A stretch of DNA of 64,000 nucleotides, from assembly GCA_029907315.1 (NCBI GenBank), contig JARYME010000001.1, positions 15,613-79,612 of the forward strand. Direction: 5' to 3'. Positions within the stretch are counted from its first letter, which is position 1, and each line of letters opens with the position of its first letter. A program made the position numbers and the translations under genes. The notes under the pieces are model-generated. The model was not told the origin of the DNA and searched no databases. It worked only from the letters and a program-made list of their open reading frames with translations. The stretch is from Armatimonadota bacterium (GTDB lineage: Bacteria > Armatimonadota > UBA5829). Shown in pieces: positions 48,755 to 58,285 of the stretch.

Positions 48755-50608
48755 TTACTGGTTAATTATCTGAATATCGGTTTGACGTCTTACGCGAAGC
48801 ACAGGGAGCGTGTAGTCAGGCCCAAAAGGCTGTTCGACGCTCGAGATCCCTGTCACTGTGACAAAAGAGTTCCGAGGAGGCTTCATTAGGTTTCTGCAGT
48901 TGACCTTCAGACCGATCAGTCCTGTGCCGTCATCTCGGTTGGAGCCATCGTCCACATAGAAGTAATCGAAGGCTGAGGTCGACACCACGCGTCCGCACAC
49001 GGTTACCAAAAGCCCAACATTGTTAGCTCCCAGCCCGTTTGTTATGCCAGGCATATATTGGTTTGCCGAACCTCCGATCCACTTTTGGGCAAGCGCCAAT
49101 GGCTTTACCGGACTAGTGCTGCCGACGTTTACTATGGTGGGTCCTGAGATTACTCGTTCACCGCTAATCGTTTCGACCATACCCGTAACTTCCAGTCTGT
49201 CCCCTTCCCTCAAATTTGGGGGATTGCCGGAGAAAAGCAATGCAATCCCGCGTGCTCTATCGGGTTGTTCAACGTACACGCGCCCCGGAATCTCACCTGT
49301 GTTACTTGTGGCAACCAAATTACCAATGCGCACCCGCGTTCCATCTGGGATCTGGCTCAGCTCAGATAGAGCGATTGTACGGATGGGTGCGCTTGTCAGT
49401 GCTCGATATGCGTTAGCGATTCCCCAGCCTGTATAGTAATCCCAGCCAGCCGGCGGGATGTCTGTGCACGTGCTCTTGATCTGTTCTGCTACTTGGTTGT
49501 TTGTCCAATGGGGATAATAGCTCCATACCAATGCTGCAATACCTGAGACAAAAGGAGCTGCTGCGGATGTGCCGCTGGAGAAGTTGTAAGATCCGTCATT
49601 CCACGTTCCGAGAATGAAATTGCCCGGTGCCACCACGTCGAGGTAGCTGCCATAGTTGGAACCGCCTTCGCCCCAATCGTAGGCCGTACAGCGCTGGCCG
49701 TATTCGTTCGAGGCACCTACAGCAATGACCTCCTCATAGGCGGCAGGAAAGAAAGGTTCTTCTGAGTCGTCATTGCCGCTGGCGGCAACAAGCACGCAGC
49801 CTTTGGATGCAGCATATCTAATTGCATCGTGCTCGGCAGGCACGTCATCATATCCTCCAAAGCTCATGTTAATAATCTTCGCACCGTTGTCCGCAGCCCA
49901 TACAATGCCTGCTGCAGCATCCGCTTCTGTGCCGTAACCGTTCGCGTCGAGTACTTTTATGGGCATGATTTTCGATCCCCACGTGACTCCTGCTATGCCG
50001 AACACGTTATTGGTGATGGCGGCAGCCACGCCGGCCACAAAAGTCCCGTGGCCGTGGTCATCATATACGTCGGAGGGATCGGCTCCGGTAATAAGATTCC
50101 TACCAGGAACTATTTTTGCCCAGAGGTCTTCGTGATCTGTCATTACCCCGGTGTCGACTATTCCAATCACTAAATCGGGGCTGCCGGTCGTAAGGTCCCA
50201 AGCTCTCTCCGCATCAATACCTACGTTCGGGTTATCCGGGTCATATAGACCCCACTGAAGGTAGATGCCCATAAACTGATACCAATCGTCATTTGGTGTC
50301 TTACAAATTGAAACGATATGGTTCGGCCCTGCATATTCCACGCTCGGGTTTTGTTTGATTGCTTGGATGGCTTCAGGGAGCGAAGCGCTGCTTGGCAGCT
50401 TGAGAACGTGATATCTTATCTGATCAAGGGACCGAACGCACTTTGCGCCCAACGCACCGGCAACAGACATTACGCGAGCTCGGTGCCCGGGTTTATACTT
50501 TATAAGTATCTCGTCCGGCTTGTGCGCCGCCTTCGCCAAGCCGGCAAGCAGCCCAATGAGAGCGGCTGTGAGTAGGACGGTGCGACGTAGTGGGTAGTGA
50601 TTGGCCAT
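48755..50608 (-). CDS. S8-family serine peptidase (subtilase) with signal peptide and C-terminal extension
   Basis: The catalytic triad motifs are GIVDTGV (Asp), HGTFVAG (His) and GTSAAAPFVSG (Ser). Confidence 0.8.
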   Translation of the reverse strand: MANHYPLRRTVLLTAALIGLLAGLAKAAHKPDEILIKYKPGHRARVMSVAGALGAKCVRSLDQIRYHVLKLPSSASLPEAIQAIKQNPSVEYAGPNHIVSICKTPNDDWYQFMGIYLQWGLYDPDNPNVGIDAERAWDLTTGSPDLVIGIVDTGVMTDHEDLWAKIVPGRNLITGADPSDVYDDHGHGTFVAGVAAAITNNVFGIAGVTWGSKIMPIKVLDANGYGTEADAAAGIVWAADNGAKIINMSFGGYDDVPAEHDAIRYAASKGCVLVAASGNDDSEEPFFPAAYEEVIAVGASNEYGQRCTAYDWGEGGSNYGSYLDVVAPGNFILGTWNDGSYNFSSGTSAAAPFVSGIAALVWSYYPHWTNNQVAEQIKSTCTDIPPAGWDYYTGWGIANAYRALTSAPIRTIALSELSQIPDGTRVRIGNLVATSNTGEIPGRVYVEQPDRARGIALLFSGNPPNLREGDRLEVTGMVETISGERVISGPTIVNVGSTSPVKPLALAQKWIGGSANQYMPGITNGLGANNVGLLVTVCGRVVSTSAFDYFYVDDGSNRDDGTGLIGLKVNCRNLMKPPRNSFVTVTGISSVEQPFGPDYTLPVLRVRRQTDIQIINQ

Positions 50609-50654
50609 ACGCGTTTCTCCTTTACACTTTCATTATAGCGCAGGAATCCACACA

Positions 50655-50705
50655 CAGTCAGAATGGTCCCCGAGTAGGGTATAATCTTGAGGGAGCGTAA
50701 CAGGT
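50655..50705 (+). promoter_or_regulatory. Promoter/RBS candidate for sir2 gene: perfect TATAAT (50680-50685), weak -35, GAGGGAG SD
   Basis: gggTATAATcttGAGGGAGcgtaacaggtATG. The -35 (gtcaga) is poor. Confidence 0.35.
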
Positions 50706-51479
50706 ATGGGTAACAACGAACTGCCTAGAGATCTCATTGAAGCTATGCGCAGCGCCAAGTGCGTCTTTGTATTCACGGGTGCTGGAGCAAGCAAAGAATC
50801 TGGACTACCAACATTCCGCGAAATCGATGGCGAGTGGACCAGGCACGACCCGATGACCTTTGCCACTTTTGAAGGGTTCATTTCCAATCCGGTGAAGGTT
50901 TGGAACCTATACCGCCTCAGACAACGCCAGATAGCGTCAGCGCAACCGAACCCAGCCCACACTACGATTGCTGAGATGGAGCAATACTACCCGGAGTTTC
51001 TGCTCTGCACGCAAAACGTCGACGACCTGCATGAACGGGCTGGCAGTCGCAAGATTGTCAAGCTGCACGGCGATGCTTGGCAAATGCGGTGTTTGGACTG
51101 CGGGAAAATCTTCGACACGCGAGACTTTGATCTTCCGGATGAATTTACTGAAGAGACCCTTCCTAAATGTCCGAAGTGTGGCGGTCTGTGTAGACCCAAT
51201 ATAGTCTGGTTTGGGGAATACGTTCCACACGAGGCAATGGCTGCCGCGCTGGATATGGTGTCCAGGTGCGATCTGATGCTCATTGTGGGGACGTCGGGAG
51301 AGGTCTCCGGCGGTTACGGTTTTGCCCAGCAAGCTAGAGCAAATGGGGCAACGGTGGTGGAGATTAATCCGTCGGAAGGTGTGTTGACTCGTTACGCTCA
51401 CTTTTGGGTTCCTGAGCCGGCCGGTTTGGCACTGCCGCGGATATGGAAATCCGTAACCGACAGATGCCGAGCGCAATAA
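50706..51479 (+). CDS. cobB: NAD-dependent protein deacylase, Sir2 family (CobB-like)
   Basis: GAGASKESGLPTFR Rossmann motif, a catalytic His (KLHGD), a Zn ribbon CLDCG ... CPKCGG and IVWFGE; 257 aa. Confidence 0.8.
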   Translation: MGNNELPRDLIEAMRSAKCVFVFTGAGASKESGLPTFREIDGEWTRHDPMTFATFEGFISNPVKVWNLYRLRQRQIASAQPNPAHTTIAEMEQYYPEFLLCTQNVDDLHERAGSRKIVKLHGDAWQMRCLDCGKIFDTRDFDLPDEFTEETLPKCPKCGGLCRPNIVWFGEYVPHEAMAAALDMVSRCDLMLIVGTSGEVSGGYGFAQQARANGATVVEINPSEGVLTRYAHFWVPEPAGLALPRIWKSVTDRCRAQ

Positions 51480-51582
51480 AATGGAACGTCAATTTACCTT
51501 GCTCCTATGGTGTGCTGCTACAGTTAGGCTCGAATTGATCAACAGGGGAAACGTTTATCGTAGCTAGCTGTAGTCACCTCGT

Positions 51583-51624
51583 TTGACATTGACATTCCTG
51601 GTTAGTGCTGGTACATTTTACATT
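51583..51624 (+). promoter_or_regulatory. Promoter candidate with tandemly duplicated -35 (TTGACATTGACA) and duplicated -10-like (TACATTtTACATT) upstream of nurA-like/herA/sbcDC operon
   Basis: TTGACA at 51583-88 and 51589-94; TACATT at 51612-17 and 51619-24. The second -35 and first -10 are 17 nt apart. Confidence 0.4.
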
Positions 51625-52651
51625 GGCTGACATGAGCAAGCTCCTGCGCAAATTGGCCTCTTCTATTGCACACCAGGCGGACCCGCAAATTCACGTTGTA
51701 ATTGGCAGCGAGTTCTCCGACGAAGAGTCGCCTAGTCTTGTGCCTGCCGTGCCCCAGACGGCATCAGCTGAAATTGTGGAACCTTCCGGTAAAATAGACC
51801 CGGTGCCCGTAGGTACGCCGAACACCAGCGGATTTTCATACTTTATGGACGGCATGGAGCGCCGTCGGTTGGTTATGTACATTTCGGGGATACCCGTTGT
51901 CTATGGTTATGCGGCGGCAGGGATTCGCTGGCGCGGTGCAGATAAGCGGATGTACGCGCACGGCGATCCAAGCGAACGAGAGGCATTGTTTTGTCCAAGG
52001 AGACTGCTCGAACAGCTCTTCTTCGATTTGGATATTGACGTCGTCGATATTGAGGACGCGGGCAGCGCACTGGAAGACCATCCAATGATTTTCTTGGAAG
52101 CTGCCAAAAAGAAGGTGTCCGACATTCGGTCCAAACTCGAGGCAGAGGTGACCTCTAGGTGGCTTGCAGAGTTTGACGGATCGAACGAATGGCTGTTGGT
52201 TGATGGATCTATCTCTGGCAACTACGACCAATACCCGGCGCCAAATATCGTTGGTGTTGTGAAGAGCCACCAAACACAATATTTCCCGATCGAGGATCAG
52301 CGGAAAATACAGGCTCTGCGCGTAGGTGAGAGGAGTGGCCTGTTCATACCTAAGGGCAGGAATCGACCCGACGTTTACAGTTGGTACCTGAGGCTCTGGC
52401 CGAATGAAGGCCAAGACTTACATTTCGGACTCGTCAGGGTGGAAGCGCCGAAGTGCGATCGAACCGTCAGAATGGTAGATGAGATATCTCGGTGGCTGCT
52501 CGCTGAGCGGGCACCGCTCAGTATGCCCGATTCGCGCTGGGATAGGATGCTCTATCCGATACGTGACTGCGAGCAGTTTCTCAGGTCGCGTGCACCGAGC
52601 AAGACGGTCCTTGACGCAATTCTTATGCGATTTGCGGCAGGGAGGGGATAG
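51605..52651 (+). CDS. Hypothetical protein, candidate NurA-like nuclease partner of HerA (inference)
   Basis: 348 aa, ending 4 nt before the HerA-like gene. It carries hhhDG-type motifs (YFMDGME about residue 80, LLVDGSISG about residue 200) and later E/D clusters (SEREALF, DLDIDVVDIED) that are spaced roughly like NurA catalytic D-E-D. The start is GTG 51605 or ATG 51632. Confidence 0.4.
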   Translation: MLVHFTLADMSKLLRKLASSIAHQADPQIHVVIGSEFSDEESPSLVPAVPQTASAEIVEPSGKIDPVPVGTPNTSGFSYFMDGMERRRLVMYISGIPVVYGYAAAGIRWRGADKRMYAHGDPSEREALFCPRRLLEQLFFDLDIDVVDIEDAGSALEDHPMIFLEAAKKKVSDIRSKLEAEVTSRWLAEFDGSNEWLLVDGSISGNYDQYPAPNIVGVVKSHQTQYFPIEDQRKIQALRVGERSGLFIPKGRNRPDVYSWYLRLWPNEGQDLHFGLVRVEAPKCDRTVRMVDEISRWLLAERAPLSMPDSRWDRMLYPIRDCEQFLRSRAPSKTVLDAILMRFAAGRG

Positions 52652-52654
52652 CCG

Positions 52655-54643
52655 ATGATCAATGAACCACACACATCTGCAAGCAACGAGTCGACTTTTT
52701 TCGCCAAGACGACTGAGATTACCGACCGACAGATCGGTCGAGTTATAGCAACCAAAGATAAACCGAATACCGCGTATGAGTTCTATTTCTGGACGAGCTG
52801 CGATGACGCCAGTGTCGGCATAGGGACGCTTGTTGTCGCTGCAAGTCCAAAGACTCGAGCGTACGGGGTTGTGGTTGAAGGCTTCAGCTTTACCGATCTC
52901 GAGTCACCGCTACATGAGTATATTGGCCTAAATGGCGATCCTCGTATGGAAGCTCAAACGTCGCGGCCGGAGGTCAGATGTTACAAGGCAGCAGTGTTGC
53001 GTGTAGAACCGGAGGAGCCCCTTCAGCCAGTGCCGGTTGCGCCAGTCTATCTGGCTGACGATGTTGGCGTAGCAAAAGCGCTGAGAATGGATTCGTTCCA
53101 ATATACGACAGGTATTCCGGTCGGTCTTTATCAGAACGGAGATGAGCTATCGCCGGTGTATATTGACAGCGAGTTCCTACTTGGTCCTGAAGCTGCTCAC
53201 TTGAACGTAACTGGCGTTTCTGGTTTGGCGACCAAAACAAGCGCGATCGAGTTCATCCTATTATCCATATTTGAGCATTTCAAGGAAGACATTGCTGTTG
53301 TGTGTTTCAATGTCAAGGGCTCCGACCTTCTCTTCTTGGATTATCCGGCTGAAGAGAACATGCTTGACGAGCGCGATAGAAAGATGCACAGCCTTCTAGG
53401 AGTTCCATGCGAGCCTTTTCGAAACGTCAAATACTTTGCGCCGTTCAAACCTGATCGTGTGAACTTGAATACGCTGCGAACGAATCCTGAGTTGGTTCAG
53501 TCCGTAACTCCTCTATCTTGGGGTCTGAACGAAGTACTTGAGTTTACCGAAGTCGTTCTCAACAGGGACGACATTGACGCAAAGGCAGATGCGCTTATCG
53601 AATTCATCAGACAGCGCGTGATTAACCAAACCACCGAAGTCAATGGTCAACAGATAACCGTGCGCAATTTCCAAGACCTGAACCGGTGGTTTGACCTGGT
53701 TATGCGTGACATGGAGGAAAACAACAAATCGGAATGGAAAACGCATCACTATGCGACCATACGAAAGGTCCACAACCGCCTGTCGAATCTGAGTACGAGG
53801 TATAAAGGCCTTATTAGCCCGGACGAATTCGTATCCGACCTTCCGTGGGGTCGGTTCGAGGATCGTACCGTATATGTCGTCGATGTCGCAAATTTAGAGC
53901 CACAGGCACAAGACCTAGTTTTTACAAGAATTGTTTCTGAACTTAGACATCACCTCGAGACAGGCAAGCTCGGCGTGAAACACGTGATTGTTGTGGTTGA
54001 CGAGTTGAACAAGTATGCTCCTGCAGACGGTCCCGACACGTATCTTCGACAGACGCTTTTAGATATTTCCGAGCGTGGTAGATATCTGGGATTGGTCTTG
54101 TTCTCAGCGCAGCAGTTTCGCAGCCAAGTTCACAAGCGTATTGTCGGAAATTCAGGTACGTGCATCTATGGGCGCATGGACATGGATGAGCTGGCAACTC
54201 CTGGTTACCAAGTGCTCACCTCCGCTACTAAAGAGAAACTGGCGACTCTTCCGAAAGGCCAGTTGATGATTCGGCACCCCCATTTCACGCAGCCTATATT
54301 CGTTAAGTTTCCGCGTCCCAACATTATGCGCGGTCCTGATGGAATCAGAAGGTACCCGCCGGCAGAAGATTTGCCATTGGATGAGGCTGTTTGGTTAAAT
54401 CTTTCCCGCTTGGATCCGTCGATAAGTCGGAACGAAGTAAGAGACATCGTGGCAGAGACGTCTGACCAGGACGAGATTATTCGCGCAATGAACCTCACGC
54501 TGCAGCGCGTTCCACAGGACCCTGTTGCCGCGTTCAGAAGCGCAATCCGCAAGAAGGCCGGCGTGCTGAGTCCGGAGGAAAAACCTTCTATAGCAATCAA
54601 GGATGCTGGAAGCGACGGGTCCGATCCATTTGAGACGATCTAG
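52655..54643 (+). CDS. herA: HerA-like FtsK/HerA-superfamily ATPase (N-terminal HAS-barrel-like domain + RecA-like ATPase)
   Basis: An N-terminal HAS-barrel-like segment (IGRVIATKDKPNTAYEFYFWTS ... GTLVVAAS ... AYGVVVEGFSF). A Walker-A-like NVTGVSGLATKTSAIEF. A Walker B HVIVVVDELNKYAP; 662 aa. Confidence 0.6.
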   Translation: MINEPHTSASNESTFFAKTTEITDRQIGRVIATKDKPNTAYEFYFWTSCDDASVGIGTLVVAASPKTRAYGVVVEGFSFTDLESPLHEYIGLNGDPRMEAQTSRPEVRCYKAAVLRVEPEEPLQPVPVAPVYLADDVGVAKALRMDSFQYTTGIPVGLYQNGDELSPVYIDSEFLLGPEAAHLNVTGVSGLATKTSAIEFILLSIFEHFKEDIAVVCFNVKGSDLLFLDYPAEENMLDERDRKMHSLLGVPCEPFRNVKYFAPFKPDRVNLNTLRTNPELVQSVTPLSWGLNEVLEFTEVVLNRDDIDAKADALIEFIRQRVINQTTEVNGQQITVRNFQDLNRWFDLVMRDMEENNKSEWKTHHYATIRKVHNRLSNLSTRYKGLISPDEFVSDLPWGRFEDRTVYVVDVANLEPQAQDLVFTRIVSELRHHLETGKLGVKHVIVVVDELNKYAPADGPDTYLRQTLLDISERGRYLGLVLFSAQQFRSQVHKRIVGNSGTCIYGRMDMDELATPGYQVLTSATKEKLATLPKGQLMIRHPHFTQPIFVKFPRPNIMRGPDGIRRYPPAEDLPLDEAVWLNLSRLDPSISRNEVRDIVAETSDQDEIIRAMNLTLQRVPQDPVAAFRSAIRKKAGVLSPEEKPSIAIKDAGSDGSDPFETI

Positions 54644-54678
54644 GCTTTGCTTGATTAAGTGCGAAAAGACGTCCGACA

Positions 54679-55818
54679 ATGCGAGTAGTACACATTTCCG
54701 ATCCACATCTAGGCTACCGGGCTTACAATCGCGTGACTCCGGCTGGCATAAACGTGCGGGAAGCTGACGTGTTCAATGCATTTCGCGCTGCGTTGAGACG
54801 AACCGCCGAGATCGCACCTGATCTCATCGTTATCGCGGGTGATCTCTTCCACGTTGTTCGTCCCAGCAATTTGACCATTCAACACACATTTAGAGAGTTT
54901 CTTTCCCTTAGGCAGAAGTCAAACGCTCCAATTGTCATCATCGGGGGCAACCACGATTCGCCTAGGTCGGTTGACACCGGGTGCATACTCGATTTGTACG
55001 CACACTTGCCCGGCGTGTATGTAGCGCATACAGAGTACGTTCAAATCCCTCTGAAGGACTTGGACACATCGGTGTTCTGTCTGTGCCATCGAGCTCTGCC
55101 GCAGCTGTCCTCATTGAAGATCGAGCCTGATCCGTCGAGTAAGTACAACGTACTCGTCGCGCATGGAACCGTTGAAGGAATCGTGCGCAATGCTTACGAC
55201 CTTGTCGAAATTAGCCGCTCCCAAGTTCTTTCGGATGGCTGGGACTACATTGCTTTCGGGCATTACCACGTGTTTGAGAAACTAGCTGACAACGCCTACT
55301 ATTCTGGTTCCTTGGAGTACACGAGCACTTCCATCTGGGGCGAGGCCTCGCAGCCGAAGGGTTTTGTTGAGTACGATCTTGACCAACGCAGCCTTTTGCA
55401 GTTCCACGAGATAGAGACTCGGGAAGTTATCGATCTGCGCCCAATTGACGCGTCCGGAATTACTGCCGCGGAACTCGACCGCGCTATCGAGCAGCGCATA
55501 ATGGCAATTAAGGGCGGCTGGAAAAACAAGATCATCCGGCTTGTGGTTCAAAACGTGCCGCGTTCGGTGCAGGCCGACTTGGACTACGCAGCGATTCGAC
55601 GGATTCGCTCGGAAGCTTTGCATTTTGAATTGCAGCTTAGACCACCACAGGTTGTTCGAAGAGATGACCACTTGTTGCGAGATGCCGGTCCTGCCAGACC
55701 ACTTGAGGCTGAGTGGGAGGAATTTGCTAAAACCTGTCAGATTGCACCTGGTATCGACCGAGAACACCTTGCAGCACTGGGACGGGAATACCTCTTGAAG
55801 CAAGCTGCGGCCGAGTGA
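54679..55818 (+). CDS. sbcD: Mre11/SbcD-family DNA double-strand-break repair nuclease
   Basis: Calcineurin-like phosphoesterase motifs: HISDPHLG (I), IAGDLFH (II), GNHD (III), and later H motifs (AHGTVEG, GHYH). Confidence 0.8.
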   Translation: MRVVHISDPHLGYRAYNRVTPAGINVREADVFNAFRAALRRTAEIAPDLIVIAGDLFHVVRPSNLTIQHTFREFLSLRQKSNAPIVIIGGNHDSPRSVDTGCILDLYAHLPGVYVAHTEYVQIPLKDLDTSVFCLCHRALPQLSSLKIEPDPSSKYNVLVAHGTVEGIVRNAYDLVEISRSQVLSDGWDYIAFGHYHVFEKLADNAYYSGSLEYTSTSIWGEASQPKGFVEYDLDQRSLLQFHEIETREVIDLRPIDASGITAAELDRAIEQRIMAIKGGWKNKIIRLVVQNVPRSVQADLDYAAIRRIRSEALHFELQLRPPQVVRRDDHLLRDAGPARPLEAEWEEFAKTCQIAPGIDREHLAALGREYLLKQAAAE

Positions 55819-55846
55819 AGGTATTGATTAGGAGTGCAGAAGCGCC

Positions 55847-58285
55847 GTGAAGCTGATAAGTCTTGAGCTCAAAAACTTTCGACAGTACAGAAGCGCGTCG
55901 ATCTCATTTCCCGACGGCGTTACAGGAATCATAGGTCCCAACGGTGCGGGCAAGACTACCATTCTAGAAGCTATTGCCTGGACGCTGTATGGCGCCCCTG
56001 CTGTTCGGGGCAAGAACGAGACGATCAGGTCAAATTCTTCTGAGCCCAACGCTCGGCCGAGCGCCTCTCTCACATTCGAGCTCGGCGGACAAATCTACAG
56101 CATAACCAGATCTCTCGACCCTTCAGGCAGGGTGGGGCAGGCTGTACTGGAGATTGATGGCAAGCCTGTTCGCTCAGGGATGTCGGAGGTAACAGAGGCA
56201 ATAACAAGCCTTCTGGGTATGGATTACCGAGCATTCTTTACCAGTTTTTTCACTGGCCAGAAGCAGCTGGAGTTCATGGCAGCGCTTGACGGGCGCGCGC
56301 GTGAGGCTGCGATAAGCCGAATGCTTGGCTACGACCGTCTTACCAAGGCGCGCGAGCAAGTAAATCAAGACAGGCTGGGACTCGAGCGCGAGATCCAAGG
56401 CTTGGAGAAGGGCCTGCCGGATCCTGAAGACCTGGCTCGACGTCTCAACGATGCTCAGGAGCGTCTCAATACCGCTTTTACGGCACTGCGTGAAGCCGAA
56501 ATTCGCCACCGCCAAGCAGCGGATACGCTGAGCAAATTGGTTCCTGTTAAGGACGAGTCTGACAAGAAAGCCAAGGCATACGAAAACCTCAGTAGACAAT
56601 TGGAGCTACACAAAGCCGAACTGCAGCGTGCCGAGGAGCGCTTGCTGCAGGTTCGTGCGGAGTTGGCTGATCTGGCATCCAGGCGCGCCGAGCTTGACTC
56701 GCTGCAGCTTGATCTCAAGCGATATGAAGAAGCAGGCGCGGAGTACAAGAGACTGAAAGCCCTCCAGGTACACGAGGCTGAGCGGCAGCAGCTTGCGGGA
56801 CAGATAAGGACACTGGAAGCAGAGGTGGAGCGGCTTGAGTCTAGGGTTGTAAAACTGCGTTCGGCGCGCAATGAGCAAGAAAAACTCGCTGCTGCCGTGT
56901 CTGAAACTCAAACCTTGCTTTCTTCAGCAGAAGCGGAGTTGCAGCGTCTGCGAGAGGAGCTTGTAGCGAAGAGACACTCATTGGAGGTGCAGATAAAACA
57001 GCTGACAAAGCAACGATCAGATGTCCAGGCAAAGCGCAACCAGATTGCGCAGGCGGGCCGCGAGGGTGCTTGTCCAACTTGTGAGAGGCCGCTGGGCGAA
57101 GAATTGGATGTTGTGCTTGCCCGGTTTGACTCACAGGTAAGCGATATTGACAGGACTCTGGGTGATCTCAATGCACAGCTTTCCGGTCTGTCGCGTTATG
57201 AAACGCTGATTGGCGATGTAGCTGCACAAAGAAACAAACTTGCCGATCAACTTGAGTCTCTGCGAAAAGAGAAATCGGATGCTGATGCGAGAGTCAAAGA
57301 GTACGAGACACTCCTCAAAGATATCGAGCAGAGAAAAGCAGAACTGACGAAGTGTCGAGAACGCCTAGATTTGCTTCCGAAGGGTTTCGACCAGTTCAGG
57401 TTTCAAGAGCTTCAAAGGATAGGAGAAGAACTCCGACCCGTGCGGGAACGAGCGGTTGCGCTAAAGGCGGCTTTGGACAGGGAACCGACGCTGCGCACTG
57501 AAGAAGCGGATCTAGACTCGCGCGTACGGGATTTAAGAAGTCATGTCACCTCACTGGGCCAGGCTATCGAAGATCTACAGTTTTCGAATGAGCAGCACGA
57601 GTCAATATCGCAGGAGTTTCAGAAGGCCAGCCAAGCTGTAGCAGATGCGGCAGTGGAATTGGAGCGGTGCAAGGGGGATGTGAGGAGCGCAAGACTCCTT
57701 TTAGACGCTGTCGAACGAGAGCAGCGCGATTATGAAGAAAGGATGCGTGAGCTTCAATCGAAGCGCTTCCAACACGCACACCTGCGCGCCTTGGCTGAGG
57801 CTTTCGACAAGCTCAGAGCTGATCTGAATGACCGTATCAGGCCGGAATTGGAGTATACTGCGAGCCAGCTGCTTTCGGTGATGACTGATGGGCGGTACAA
57901 CGTGCTGCGCATCGACGATGACTACAAGCCGGTTATTGTTGACGACGGAGAGGAAAAACCGGTTATATCCGGCGGTGAGGACGATATAGTTAACCTTGCC
58001 TTGAGACTTGCGATATCCCAGATGATTGCAGACCGAGCAGGACAGTCATTCTCGCTGCTGATATTAGATGAAGTCTTCGGCTCACTCGATGAGACACGGC
58101 GCCAAAATGTGGTGAGTTTACTTCAGAATCTCAAGAACAGATTTGAGCAAATAATATTGATCACGCATATCGAATCTATACATGATGCCGTGGATAACTG
58201 CCTTTGGGTAGAGTTTGATGAAAACAGTAAAACTAGCCGGATCGCCGAGCGTCGTGCCGAAGACTTCGTGGAAATGGCGGTTTAG
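55847..58285 (+). CDS. sbcC: Rad50/SbcC-family SMC-like ATPase with central CxxC zinc hook
   Basis: N-terminal Walker A (GPNGAGKTT). A long coiled coil with CPTC at mid-length. C-terminal signature SGGE and Walker B (LLILDEVFGSLD); 812 aa. GTG start. Confidence 0.8.
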   Translation: MKLISLELKNFRQYRSASISFPDGVTGIIGPNGAGKTTILEAIAWTLYGAPAVRGKNETIRSNSSEPNARPSASLTFELGGQIYSITRSLDPSGRVGQAVLEIDGKPVRSGMSEVTEAITSLLGMDYRAFFTSFFTGQKQLEFMAALDGRAREAAISRMLGYDRLTKAREQVNQDRLGLEREIQGLEKGLPDPEDLARRLNDAQERLNTAFTALREAEIRHRQAADTLSKLVPVKDESDKKAKAYENLSRQLELHKAELQRAEERLLQVRAELADLASRRAELDSLQLDLKRYEEAGAEYKRLKALQVHEAERQQLAGQIRTLEAEVERLESRVVKLRSARNEQEKLAAAVSETQTLLSSAEAELQRLREELVAKRHSLEVQIKQLTKQRSDVQAKRNQIAQAGREGACPTCERPLGEELDVVLARFDSQVSDIDRTLGDLNAQLSGLSRYETLIGDVAAQRNKLADQLESLRKEKSDADARVKEYETLLKDIEQRKAELTKCRERLDLLPKGFDQFRFQELQRIGEELRPVRERAVALKAALDREPTLRTEEADLDSRVRDLRSHVTSLGQAIEDLQFSNEQHESISQEFQKASQAVADAAVELERCKGDVRSARLLLDAVEREQRDYEERMRELQSKRFQHAHLRALAEAFDKLRADLNDRIRPELEYTASQLLSVMTDGRYNVLRIDDDYKPVIVDDGEEKPVISGGEDDIVNLALRLAISQMIADRAGQSFSLLILDEVFGSLDETRRQNVVSLLQNLKNRFEQIILITHIESIHDAVDNCLWVEFDENSKTSRIAERRAEDFVEMAV

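Noticed and set aside
50706-54643. Sir2 + HerA as a bona fide Sir2-HerA anti-phage defence system
   Set aside because: The Sir2 is short (257 aa) and has the CobB-type zinc ribbon and catalytic His. It has its own TATAAT/SD elements and is separated from herA by a promoter and an intervening 348-aa gene. Defence Sir2 partners of HerA are larger, lack the Zn ribbon and are directly operonic with herA. It is retained only as a low-interest finding.
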